This document shows, piece by piece, positions 9,803 to 19,364 of a stretch of DNA of 64,000 nt. Position numbers and translations under genes: made by a program. The notes beneath the pieces were generated by a model. That model saw only the letters and a program-made list of their open reading frames with translations. It had not been told where the DNA came from and ran no database searches. Within the stretch, counting starts at the first letter, position 1; every line of letters starts with the position of its first letter. The stretch is from the NCBI GenBank assembly GCA_020444425.1, contig JAHLLB010000016.1, positions 21,240 through 85,239 on the forward strand, written 5' to 3'. The DNA is from a bacterium. GTDB taxonomy: Bacteria; Electryoneota; Electryoneia; Electryoneales; Electryoneaceae.

Positions 9803-11161
9803 TCAGGACAGCAGGTCCAGATCCCGGGGTTTGCGAAGGAAGCGGATCGGGTTGCGAGTTTTTACCACCGTACCCTCGGAAACCGCACGTTTCAACCACT
9901 GGTCGACGGTCTTTTTTGAAATCTGTAGCAGTTCCGCGACCTCGGAAGCTGTTTTTGACTGTTCAAGGCAATCGAGCAAAGCGGGCAGGAAGTGGTCCGT
10001 CCATGGATCGTTCGACGCGGATGGTTTTTCCTGTGCCGGGACGGTATCGCGAGATGCTTCGGGTGAAGCGGTCTTCGGGCCGGGGTCCGGACACGCAGCT
10101 TCTTGACTCACCTTGGACTCCGGCTTGTCTATGCCGGGACGATTGGTCAGCGGCAGGGATTGGTTGGCGGTTGTGAGCCGAACGGTGGATGGGTCCGGCG
10201 AGGACGGCTGGCTGTCGTCGGTTTTGTCGCTGCCTTGCGGTTCCGCGAACAGGAGGTTGAGATCGTGCTGAATGTTCTGTCCCGGCAACGCTTTGCCGCC
10301 TAGCTTGATCAATCTCTGGTTGCCCGGATCTTCGGACTCGCGGACAAACAGCGGCACCCAGCGGTGCTTGAGGACTTCGTTTGCGCCGCCCCAGGTTCCG
10401 CCTTTAATGTCGCTTTGCACGATAACGGCGGCGGTCGACAAGGCGTAGATCACCTTGTTGCGGCTCATGGCGTTACCCGCGCTGAAGCCTGCGCCGGGGT
10501 GGAAAGGTGAGATCAGGAGCAGCCGTCCCTCGGCGATGCTTTCCCTGTGGTCCCGTTTCACCGCAGCGGCCTCCAGCCCGCTGTGCAAGACTCCGACCGC
10601 GCGTCCGTGTTCTTCGAACGCTCCCCACATGGCAGCCTGATCGACGCCACGGGCGCCGCCGGTAATTATCGTCAGGTCATTACGGGCGGCTTCCTCGCCC
10701 AATGCGCGGGCGTAGTGGAAGGCGTCCTCCGAAGCGTTGCGCGAGCCAGCCACGGCGATGCCCTCACGGGTTGCCAGTGACAGGTCGCCCACGCCGAACA
10801 GTATCGGTGTCGCGAGCAGGCGCAGGTTATCCTTGAGTCGTTTCGGGTAGTCGGGGTTCGCTCGGCTGATCGCCCAGATGCCGCGCTGCGACCACTGTTC
10901 CAGGGCGGTGGTCAATGCGAAGCCGCGACTCATCAGGGTGTGGATGCGATTGGCGAATTCGACGGTGGTGGTATCGTTGAGGAACCTGGTTCGGACGGAT
11001 TCGTCGAGCAGATCGGCCGGTTGCATGTTGGCGTCGCGCAGCCACCCAGCCAATTTGTTGTACTCGCTGGTGGACAGCTGGGGGATGGGACCGTTCAGCT
11101 TGCCGAAATGGCCGCAGAGCAGGAGCATGGCCTGGCAGTTATCGGTGAAATCAGGTGTCAT
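9803..11161 (-). CDS. dprA: DNA processing protein DprA/Smf (Rossmann SLOG domain plus C-terminal winged-helix)
   Basis: AVAGSRNASEDAFHYARALGEE...LTIITGGARGVDQAAMWGA is the DprA Rossmann core. There is a low-complexity P/S/T linker and then a wHTH-like C-terminus. Start taken at ATG 11159-11161 (MTPDF), 7 bp from the recQ stop; the ORF-track start at 11221 would overlap recQ by 52 bp. Confidence 0.8.
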   Translation of the reverse strand: MTPDFTDNCQAMLLLCGHFGKLNGPIPQLSTSEYNKLAGWLRDANMQPADLLDESVRTRFLNDTTTVEFANRIHTLMSRGFALTTALEQWSQRGIWAISRANPDYPKRLKDNLRLLATPILFGVGDLSLATREGIAVAGSRNASEDAFHYARALGEEAARNDLTIITGGARGVDQAAMWGAFEEHGRAVGVLHSGLEAAAVKRDHRESIAEGRLLLISPFHPGAGFSAGNAMSRNKVIYALSTAAVIVQSDIKGGTWGGANEVLKHRWVPLFVRESEDPGNQRLIKLGGKALPGQNIQHDLNLLFAEPQGSDKTDDSQPSSPDPSTVRLTTANQSLPLTNRPGIDKPESKVSQEAACPDPGPKTASPEASRDTVPAQEKPSASNDPWTDHFLPALLDCLEQSKTASEVAELLQISKKTVDQWLKRAVSEGTVVKTRNPIRFLRKPRDLDLLS

Positions 11162-11168
11162 TTTGCTC

Positions 11169-13271
11169 TCACTGTCCGGAGGCGGTCGAAGCCAGGGCGA
11201 CGGGAAGCACACATTCCGCACCCGCCCGCCGTAATAACGATGCAGCGATGGTGAATGTCCAACGCGAATCCACCAGATCGTCCACCAGCAAGATTCTCTG
11301 CCCGGTTACCTGTTGCGAATTTCGGATGGCAAATGCGTCGTTCAGGTTGCTCATCTGGCTGTGCGAGTTTTCCATCGTTTTCTGCGGCGCGGTATCTCTG
11401 ACTTTCTCGATCAACTCCACCGCCGGAAGGTTCAGCTGCTCCGCGAGTCGGGTGGCAAGATCGGGAACAAGGGTCATGGTACGCAACGATGGAATCCAGG
11501 TGACAACGGTCGGCCAGGGCTGAAAATCTTTCACGCGAATCATCTCCGCCAGCGCTTTCACCAGACTGTCGTCGAAGTGGCCGTCCTGCTGTTTACCCCG
11601 CCTGATTCGTTCCCCGTAGAGGTAATCTCCCCAGCGGCACAGTGCAAACCCGTCCGCCATCTGCTCCCCGGGCGGAATGCGGGAGTTGCGCGGTTCAAGC
11701 TGCGGCAGTGCATCCGGAGTCCAGATTTTTCGTGGCGGAATCGGGACATGTTGCCGGCGGAGGAACTGTTGCGAAGCGGCGACTGTGGACTCGTTCACAT
11801 CCAGCGGCAGCAATGTGTCGCCTGCACACACCGCACAACGGCCGCACGGTTCAGCGCTGGAATCGTTCAACTCCCGTTGCAGGAATTCCATCAGGCAGGT
11901 ATCGCTGTTGACGTAGTGCTTCATCCGTTGTCGTTCGCGCATCCGGATCTCCCGCAGGCGTTGGCGATGTTCCGGATCGGGCCGGTAGGGGTTCGCGGTC
12001 CGGACCCATTTGCTGCCGTCCCGGTCGACAGGGGGTTGATATCGGGCGTGCAGGATCTTCAAGGCATGCATCATTTTGCCTTGCCGCAGGTTGACCTTCG
12101 CCTCCAGTTTTCGGACCGTCACCGGTTCGTCTTCATCGTCCAGAGCGGCCAGAATTTCCTGTACCTGATCGTCGTCCAGCTCGTTCGAGTGTACCAGCCA
12201 GTCGGTAATTTCGTCGTCCTCGCTACCCTCGAGCAGGATACCATAGGCGTTGTCGAGGGCACGTCCGGCGCGTCCCACCTGCTGATAATAGTGAACAGGC
12301 GAGGAGGGTCGCTGGTAGTGGATGACGAAGGCGAGGTCCGGTTTGTCGAACCCCATGCCGAGCGCGCTGGTCGCGACCACCACCTTGACGTCGTTGTTGA
12401 GCAGTGCTTGTTCGAGCTCTTCCCGTCCGTCGCTGGAACCTGTGTATTTTGCGGCGGCGATTCCCCGGGATGTTAGCCATGAGGCGACTCGTTCGGCGTC
12501 TGTCGTTGTGAGGACGTACACAATCCCGCTGCCGTGAATGGTTGGCAGTACGGTAGCCAGCCACGCCAGCCGTTGCGCTGGATCAGGCATCGGAATCGCT
12601 TGCAGCCGCAGGCTGGTGCGGACAAGTGGACCCCGGATGACCGTGAGATTCGGGATCTGCTGCGTGACATCCTCGACGACCCGGTCGTTGGCGGTGGCCG
12701 TCGTCGCCAGAACCGGAATGTCAGGCGGCAGATTGCGCAGGATACGAACAATGCGGAGGTAATCCGGACGGAAATCGTGCCCCCAGTCGGAGATGCAATG
12801 CGCTTCGTCGATTACCAGCATGCCGACCCGGGCCGCGATGGGGTGGAGCACCCTTTCGACAAAGCGCTTGTTGGTCAGGCGTTCCGGTGAGATCAGCAGC
12901 AGGTCGACCTCGCCGCTTTGCACCTCTGCCTCGATCTCGTTCCAGGAATCGGTGTTTGAGCTGTCGATTCTGGCCGGGTGCAGGCCCATCCGTTCCGCCG
13001 CATCGACCTGGTTCCGCATCAGGGCGAGCAGCGGTGAGATGAGCAGCACCGGTCCACCGCCCCGTTGACGCATCAGCCGGGTCGCGATAAAATAGACCAT
13101 GCTCTTGCCCCAGCCGGTACGCTGCACGACCAGCAGCCGCCGTTTGTGGTGAACGAGTTCGAGGATGGCGTCCAATTGTCCTTCACGGAAGGTGGCGGAA
13201 GGGTCGGCCAGTCCCTGCCGCAACAAGCTGAGTGCGTCACGTTCAAGCGGACGCTGCACGATTGACTCCAT
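11169..13271 (-). CDS. recQ: RecQ-family ATP-dependent DNA helicase with C-terminal type-I phosphoribosyltransferase (ComFC-like) domain
   Basis: Walker A TGWGKS and RecQ motif II DEAHCISDWGHDFRPDY. Zn-binding CGRCAVC in the RQC region. The last ~90 aa (QRILLVDDLVDSRWTFTIAASLLRRAG) is a PRTase PRPP-loop-like motif. Confidence 0.8.
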   Translation of the reverse strand: MESIVQRPLERDALSLLRQGLADPSATFREGQLDAILELVHHKRRLLVVQRTGWGKSMVYFIATRLMRQRGGGPVLLISPLLALMRNQVDAAERMGLHPARIDSSNTDSWNEIEAEVQSGEVDLLLISPERLTNKRFVERVLHPIAARVGMLVIDEAHCISDWGHDFRPDYLRIVRILRNLPPDIPVLATTATANDRVVEDVTQQIPNLTVIRGPLVRTSLRLQAIPMPDPAQRLAWLATVLPTIHGSGIVYVLTTTDAERVASWLTSRGIAAAKYTGSSDGREELEQALLNNDVKVVVATSALGMGFDKPDLAFVIHYQRPSSPVHYYQQVGRAGRALDNAYGILLEGSEDDEITDWLVHSNELDDDQVQEILAALDDEDEPVTVRKLEAKVNLRQGKMMHALKILHARYQPPVDRDGSKWVRTANPYRPDPEHRQRLREIRMRERQRMKHYVNSDTCLMEFLQRELNDSSAEPCGRCAVCAGDTLLPLDVNESTVAASQQFLRRQHVPIPPRKIWTPDALPQLEPRNSRIPPGEQMADGFALCRWGDYLYGERIRRGKQQDGHFDDSLVKALAEMIRVKDFQPWPTVVTWIPSLRTMTLVPDLATRLAEQLNLPAVELIEKVRDTAPQKTMENSHSQMSNLNDAFAIRNSQQVTGQRILLVDDLVDSRWTFTIAASLLRRAGAECVLPVALASTASGQ

Positions 13272-13613
13272 TGTTCGTCGCTGGTACGGATTCGACAGGT
13301 AAACGGTGTATTTTCAGGGAGCTATGGAATAAGCAAGAATGGTCTACATAAATCAAAGTAAGTATCCATAACAAGATAGGTATTGTGAGAGTGGATCCTG
13401 AATTCTAAAACCAATTGCACGGGTCTCGGGTTTCCGAAGCGAAAGACCCGCAGGAATGAAGGCGCGCCGGGTTGAGATCAGCACGAGAAATCAATTACAC
13501 TGGAATGACGCATCCACAACGACGTATCTGTCACAAGGGCCTGGCAGAAGTTGGGGATCAGAAAATGTGATGTGCGAAGTTTTTCTGACGAGCTCCAACT
13601 CAAGTGATCATCA

Positions 13614-15182
13614 GTGTCGAGGTTCTTTCCTCTCCTCTCCCAATTTCTGGAGGTTGCGCCACTCGTGCCAGATTTAAAGGATGAAACATCAGCCGCTTCA
13701 CTCGTTCTGAGCCGCAACCACAACCTGGGTCACCTGCTCACGGCTGAACGTGCGGTGTGGTATGTGCAGATCCTGTATCAACTCCTGATATTCCGCCGTG
13801 CACATGAGTTGGCGCCGCTGCATGAGGACGTGTATGAGGCGGTTCATGAGCCGCTCGGTGCGTTTCAGGACGATGGGGCATACACCCAGGCACAATATGC
13901 GAACGACATCCGCCAGCTGCTCGAATGGGATTTAATTGAGGAACGGATCGAGCTTGAGCGGCTGCGTGGCTACAAGGATACCCGTCGAAGGAAATTCCGC
14001 TATCGATTGACTCATGAAACCCGTGCATTCCTGGAATGGCTGGAAGACCGCGCTCGGGACGATCTGGAAGATTCCGGAGCGGACACGCGCAATCTGCTCG
14101 AAACGGTCCTTAGTTCGTTGAACGAACTGAACCGTGTGTTGCATCGCGTCGGAACAAAACGCACGGAAGAGGGCGATGCCCGGCGTGTGCTGCACCAGCT
14201 CACCACACTTGATCAATTGACTCACTCCGTCACGGAGAACCTGGTAACCTTCAACGAACGGATGTACGGGTTTCTGTTGGCCGAGTTCGAGGTTGCGGAA
14301 GCGCGTCAGATCATTGATGAATTGCAGGTGTTCGTGGACCAGTTTCTGCATCAGATCTACCGTTTGCGGGAGGACATCACCGGCAATCTGGGGCGAATCG
14401 GAGATGCGAAGGCGTTCGAGAAAATCCAGCTCAGTATCCGTGAAATGGATCGGGAACGCAAGCAGGCCGCACACCTGCTGCGCCGTAGCTACAACGACGA
14501 GCAGGTGACGGCAATACCGGCTGGATTGCAGGACTATTATCGCGAAGATGGGCAGTTGGATGAGTTGTGCAGGCGGATCAGTCACACGGCGCAGCTGGTG
14601 TGGAAACGTCTGTATTTGCGGTTGCGTGAGCGGGAACGCAAGAGCCATCGTCTCGAGGATCTACGTGCGAGAATCGCGGAAATTGCCTCGTTGCCGCCGG
14701 ATGTCGTACCGCATCGTTTTCTCTATGAATTAATCGCTCCCGCGCAGATCGCTGTTGATCCGAACCATTGGACGGCGCTTGAAAAGGCAGACCCGCCACA
14801 GCCACGGTTGTATCGTGGACGTCAACGGGAACGGGCGGTGGAGCCATTGCGAGTTAAACAGCTTCATCCGGAAAGTGCGCGTGAATTGGAGCAGCAGAAG
14901 CTCGACCGGCTGGTGAGTTGGTTGCGTGATCATGTGTTGGCAGATGGTGAAGATTCGGCGCGACTTTGTGATGGTCGATTTGAGACGTTGGATGATCTCG
15001 CTGCCACGATGCAGTTGGTCAAGGCGGGATTGTTAAACCGTGGACGGAAGCTGTCAATCTCCGGATTCCGTTTCGAGCAGCGGGGTGGGCAGGACGAGTT
15101 GGTCGCTGGTGATTACCGTCTCGAGCTGGATGCGTTGAACGTTCATCGGAAGCAAAAGGACGAGCATGGACACGCTGGCTGA
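13614..15182 (+). CDS. jetA: Wadjet JetA (MksF/kleisin-like, DUF3375-type)
   Basis: 522 aa, first gene of a four-gene overlapping operon whose sizes and order match jetABCD. Not confirmed by motif; the call rests on architecture. Confidence 0.65.
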   Translation: MSRFFPLLSQFLEVAPLVPDLKDETSAASLVLSRNHNLGHLLTAERAVWYVQILYQLLIFRRAHELAPLHEDVYEAVHEPLGAFQDDGAYTQAQYANDIRQLLEWDLIEERIELERLRGYKDTRRRKFRYRLTHETRAFLEWLEDRARDDLEDSGADTRNLLETVLSSLNELNRVLHRVGTKRTEEGDARRVLHQLTTLDQLTHSVTENLVTFNERMYGFLLAEFEVAEARQIIDELQVFVDQFLHQIYRLREDITGNLGRIGDAKAFEKIQLSIREMDRERKQAAHLLRRSYNDEQVTAIPAGLQDYYREDGQLDELCRRISHTAQLVWKRLYLRLRERERKSHRLEDLRARIAEIASLPPDVVPHRFLYELIAPAQIAVDPNHWTALEKADPPQPRLYRGRQRERAVEPLRVKQLHPESARELEQQKLDRLVSWLRDHVLADGEDSARLCDGRFETLDDLAATMQLVKAGLLNRGRKLSISGFRFEQRGGQDELVAGDYRLELDALNVHRKQKDEHGHAG

Positions 15183-15882
15183 GCTGATGGAGCGTCACCA
15201 GGACCGGGTGACAGCGATTCTGAACATCCTCGTGGAGTCGCCGTATTTTTACGCGAGTGATGATCGCGACCGGGATCTGTTCCCTTTCCTGATCCGGCAC
15301 AAGAACCTGTTTCGGAAATTTTTCGAGCACTACTACGGCTGGGAATTGATCATCGACTCCGGCCAGAAGTGCGCCCGGGTGTACAAGCATCGCTGGTACA
15401 ATCCGGCGGTCAAAGACAGCCAGAAATTTGCATTGCATCTCACCCGCCGTGATGAAACTCTCGCCTTCATGCTGCTGCTGGAATTCTTCGAGCATCAACT
15501 GGACGAACAGAACGTGTCGGTAGAAGACAAGGACAACCTGCGCTTCTATTTCAGCGATTTGTTCGAGCATGTGCGTCGGCGGCTGCTGGAACTGTATCCG
15601 GAGAAGCGTGAAGAGTATACCGAAGAAGGGGTGCGGCGAATTCTGCGTGAACTGGTCCCCAAGCTGGAGCAGTTCCGTCTGCTTGAACGGGTTGCGTCGG
15701 CGGATGGGGAACGCGTGAAGCTGGAGCAGATGATTCTTGAAGCGCTGCCGGCTCTGTACCACTACAACGGCAGCCGGTTGAGTTTCCCGGTGTTTCAGCA
15801 GTCGGAAACGGCTGACGAGGGAGAACACGCTGACGAAGCCGACGACCGGGATGAGACCACTGAGCTGGATGAGGAGGATTGA
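15166..15882 (+). CDS. jetB: Wadjet JetB (MksE-like, DUF4194-type)
   Basis: 238 aa with a strongly acidic C-terminal tail (DEGEHADEADDRDETTELDEED). Overlaps jetA and jetC. Confidence 0.65.
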   Translation: MDTLAELMERHQDRVTAILNILVESPYFYASDDRDRDLFPFLIRHKNLFRKFFEHYYGWELIIDSGQKCARVYKHRWYNPAVKDSQKFALHLTRRDETLAFMLLLEFFEHQLDEQNVSVEDKDNLRFYFSDLFEHVRRRLLELYPEKREEYTEEGVRRILRELVPKLEQFRLLERVASADGERVKLEQMILEALPALYHYNGSRLSFPVFQQSETADEGEHADEADDRDETTELDEED

Positions 15883-18800
15883 TGGCGGCGAAAATGCGCT
15901 ACAGCGTCCACCGGATCCGTCTCATCAACTTCCACAACTTCACCAATGAGACGATCCAGATCGGGAACGGCGGCCATTTGTTCCTGCTCGGCGACAACGG
16001 TTCGGGTAAAACGACGCTGCTGGACGCACTTCACATGGTGTTGGTTGGCAATGAGGCTGTGGAATTCAATGCTGCCGCACGAGTCGCAGGGTCGGCACGT
16101 GACGGACGCCGGGTTGTCGGGATCATTCTCGGGCAGAACGCGGAGCGGGCGGAACCGTTGCGCAAGCAGGGCGGCATCACCTATGCCGCAGTCGAATTGC
16201 TCGGTTCAAACGGGAAACCGCTGTGCCTGACGCTCGGTATGCGGGCGCATTCGATGGACGAAAACGTCCGTTACTGGGGCGCGGTGAAGGCGTGCTCGCT
16301 GGAAGACCTGCCGCTGATGAAGGATACGTTGGAGAGGCCGGTTCCATTAAACCGCCGCGAGTTCCGCGCGGAACTGCAGGACGACAACGCGTTCTGTGGC
16401 GATCAGACAACCTATCGCAAGAAGCTGAGTGCACGGCTATTTGGCGCGCGTGACGACGACAATTCCCTGTTCCGTGAAACCTGTCGTCTGCTGCGGATGG
16501 GGAAGGCGTATCGAGAGATCGCCGCAGGCACGAGCAACTACCACGCCTTGTTCAAGAAGCTGTTGATCGAGCCGAAGCGGGAATTGTTCGAGCAGGTGAT
16601 CCAGCGTTTGAACGAACTGGAAACCAGCACCAGCGAACTCGCCGGGATGGAAGAAAAGCACCGGTATCTCGAAGCTTTAGAAGGATTGGTTGAGAAAATC
16701 CAACAACACCGGGAAGCGGACCTGCGCTACACCTGGCTCAGCCATCACCTGACGATCAACCAGCTCAACGGACACCTGGAGACCAACGAACGAAAGCAGA
16801 ACCAGGCGCAGGAACTGATAGAAAAAGCAGCAAGGTCCATCGAGACCAGCCGTGCGGAACGTGACCGGACGCTGACGGCACTGAATGACTTGCGTGAACA
16901 GGACCGTGAGGGGTTGCTCGGTCGCCGGGCGGAACGTGAGCGCGACCGTGACCGGTTAGGTGGAGAGATCAAGCGCCAACGCGAAAATGTGAAGCAGTAC
17001 GAAACCGAGCTAGGCGGCCTGCAGCGTGACGCGAAGACAGCGGAAGATTCCTGGCGGAAAACGTTACAGCACGCCTACGACGAACTCAACCGGCTGAACA
17101 AGCGGCTTCCTTTTGCGGTGGTAGACCTGCTGAGCCAGTTGGACGAACAACTCCGTCTGCCGTCGCCGGTGGATGCCATTGTGCCGGACACCGAAGCGTG
17201 CGAAAGCGACGCGGCTTCCGCAAATCGTGAAGCTGTGGAGCTGAAGGTTGAGCTTGGTGGAAAACTGGATCAGCTGCAGTCCGAGGCTGATGAGCTGCGG
17301 TCGGAGTTGAACGAGTTGCAGGCGGGACAGGAGCTGTTGCCGCCGGTTGCTGGGTATCGCAATGCGTTGCGGGCGTTGAGCAAGGCGATGATCCAGGTGA
17401 CGCCCTTGTATCAGGGCCTGGAGTGGAAACCGGGATTGTCTGAAAGTGCGCAACAGTCGATTGAAGAAGCGATTGGTGCGGATGTGTTGAGCACGTTGCT
17501 GGTGTCCGCAGAGGATTACGATTCGGCGTTGCGTGCGGTATTGCCGGACGGACCGGGCATACGTGTCGCCATGCCTGACGTGCCCGATGAAGCTGTCCCG
17601 GCGTGGGTGATGGATTCCTTTGACCTGGATGTCAGCGATCCACGGGCCGTGCGTGTTCTGATCGAGGAGATGCGTGCCGGCAATCATCCGTCCGTCCGGC
17701 AGCAGGATGCGTTCCCGGTGTTGCGGTTCCGGGCTCATGAACGGCGGTTGCGTCAGGATGCTCAGGGCTTGATCGGCAGCGCACAGCGCAAGCGCGCGAT
17801 GCAGCAGCGCATCCGTGAACTTGAATCCCAGCTGAAGGAGCTGGACAAGGAGCAGCGTGGGCTGGAGAAGCAGCAGAAGGCGGTGGACGAGCGGTTGGCG
17901 GCGATCCAGCAGGTGCAAATCTCCCTGCGGAAATGGACTCGTGAGTTGCAGGACCGGATTCACCTCGCGCAATCCAGCATGCGTGATGCGGAAGCGGCAG
18001 GGCGTCGGGTGGCTGGGCTTCAGGATGATTTGCGGCAGATGGAAGCCCGGCATGCAGAAATCGTGCAGCAGCTTGCCGATCTGCAAGCAAGGATCAGCGA
18101 ACGCGGGCTGGACCGGCTCAAGCAGAAGCAGCAGCGTTTGGAGAACAGGCTGAAACGGTTCGAGACGGATCTGGATGAGTTGAATCAGGAGATTGGTGGA
18201 CTCAACAGCACGCTCGCAGACTTGCGGGAACGGGCGAAGGGTATCGAGCGGCAACGAACGGAAGAACAGAAAGCATTGGCGGCTGCCAGTGTCGAGCTGG
18301 AACCGCTGGCGGAAGCCGTGGAAAGTGTGGCGTATTGGGTACTGAAAACCAATCGTGGCGGTCAGTTTGTCAGCGTGGAAAATGTCGAGGCCGAACGCCG
18401 CCGGAATGATGCGGCGATGAACACCGCAGTGGGGGAGTTGAACACACGATTGCACAGCGCGAGCTTCGGCGCCGTGTACGCGTTCACCTATGACACCGCG
18501 CACAACCTGCTGCTGGATCGTCATCAGAGCTCAATCGCTGATGTGGTCAAGGTAAGCCGACGGGAGATTGACGAACAGCGGACATTGATCAACGAACGCA
18601 CCCAGCGGTTGATCCGTGAGCTGATCATGGGTGAACTGTTCGTTGAATTAAAGGGAAGTGTTCAGAAGCTGCAGGAGTTGGTGCGCAAGATCAACGCGCA
18701 GCTTGGCGGACGGGTGTTCGGCAGCACCCGTTACCGGTTCAACCTGAAGGAAGTGCCGCACTACCGGGACCTGTTGCATGCGATCCAGCGTTTGAGTCCG

Positions 18801-19364
18801 TTGGATCCGTCCGCGCAGCAGGAGCTTGAACAGTTTCTCGAGCTGCACAAAGATGAGATCCTGCATACAGAAGTGAATGACGTCCCGGAAGCGCTCGATT
18901 ATCGCAACTGGTTCCAGTACGAGCTGGTCGTGCAGACCACCGACGATCAGGGCGAGATCGTGATGGACCGGCGAACCAAGAGTCTTGGCTCCGGCGGAGA
19001 GCAGGCGGTGCCGAACTACCTGTTGATCCTGACCGTGGCGCATCTGCTGTATGAGGGCAACGATGCGTTGCGCTTGCGTGTGCTGATCTTCGACGAAGCG
19101 TTTTACGGCATTGACAGCGGACGGCGTGACCAACTGCTCGGCTTCGCGTCGGATCTGGGCTTGCAGTTGTTCATCGCGTCCCCGGAACTGGATGGCGTCA
19201 AACAGGAGATTCCGTTCTCGACAACATTGCTGGTGACCAAGGACGACAATTGCGATGTCCACTTGTTCCGTGCGGAATTCCGAAACGAAAAGCAGGCGTC
19301 GTTGCTGGAGAGTCCGGCGGACGCGGTGACGTTTGAGCCGGTTGGGGGAAATGGGAATGCGTGA
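15879..19364 (+). CDS. jetC: Wadjet JetC (SMC/MksB-like ABC ATPase)
   Basis: N-terminal Walker A LLGDNGSGKTTLLDAL. About 700 aa of coiled coil (repetitive E/R/Q/L). C-terminal Walker B/D-loop LLIFDEAFYGIDS and the signature-like region LGSGGEQAV. Confidence 0.8.
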   Translation: MMAAKMRYSVHRIRLINFHNFTNETIQIGNGGHLFLLGDNGSGKTTLLDALHMVLVGNEAVEFNAAARVAGSARDGRRVVGIILGQNAERAEPLRKQGGITYAAVELLGSNGKPLCLTLGMRAHSMDENVRYWGAVKACSLEDLPLMKDTLERPVPLNRREFRAELQDDNAFCGDQTTYRKKLSARLFGARDDDNSLFRETCRLLRMGKAYREIAAGTSNYHALFKKLLIEPKRELFEQVIQRLNELETSTSELAGMEEKHRYLEALEGLVEKIQQHREADLRYTWLSHHLTINQLNGHLETNERKQNQAQELIEKAARSIETSRAERDRTLTALNDLREQDREGLLGRRAERERDRDRLGGEIKRQRENVKQYETELGGLQRDAKTAEDSWRKTLQHAYDELNRLNKRLPFAVVDLLSQLDEQLRLPSPVDAIVPDTEACESDAASANREAVELKVELGGKLDQLQSEADELRSELNELQAGQELLPPVAGYRNALRALSKAMIQVTPLYQGLEWKPGLSESAQQSIEEAIGADVLSTLLVSAEDYDSALRAVLPDGPGIRVAMPDVPDEAVPAWVMDSFDLDVSDPRAVRVLIEEMRAGNHPSVRQQDAFPVLRFRAHERRLRQDAQGLIGSAQRKRAMQQRIRELESQLKELDKEQRGLEKQQKAVDERLAAIQQVQISLRKWTRELQDRIHLAQSSMRDAEAAGRRVAGLQDDLRQMEARHAEIVQQLADLQARISERGLDRLKQKQQRLENRLKRFETDLDELNQEIGGLNSTLADLRERAKGIERQRTEEQKALAAASVELEPLAEAVESVAYWVLKTNRGGQFVSVENVEAERRRNDAAMNTAVGELNTRLHSASFGAVYAFTYDTAHNLLLDRHQSSIADVVKVSRREIDEQRTLINERTQRLIRELIMGELFVELKGSVQKLQELVRKINAQLGGRVFGSTRYRFNLKEVPHYRDLLHAIQRLSPLDPSAQQELEQFLELHKDEILHTEVNDVPEALDYRNWFQYELVVQTTDDQGEIVMDRRTKSLGSGGEQAVPNYLLILTVAHLLYEGNDALRLRVLIFDEAFYGIDSGRRDQLLGFASDLGLQLFIASPELDGVKQEIPFSTTLLVTKDDNCDVHLFRAEFRNEKQASLLESPADAVTFEPVGGNGNA

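Noticed and set aside
11313-12476. 387-aa plus-strand ORF inside recQ
   Set aside because: Antisense artefact. The RecQ frame carries all helicase motifs.
17064-18524. 486-aa minus-strand ORF inside jetC
   Set aside because: Antisense to the SMC coiled-coil region. Repetitive Q/L/R content is the mirror of the coiled-coil codons.
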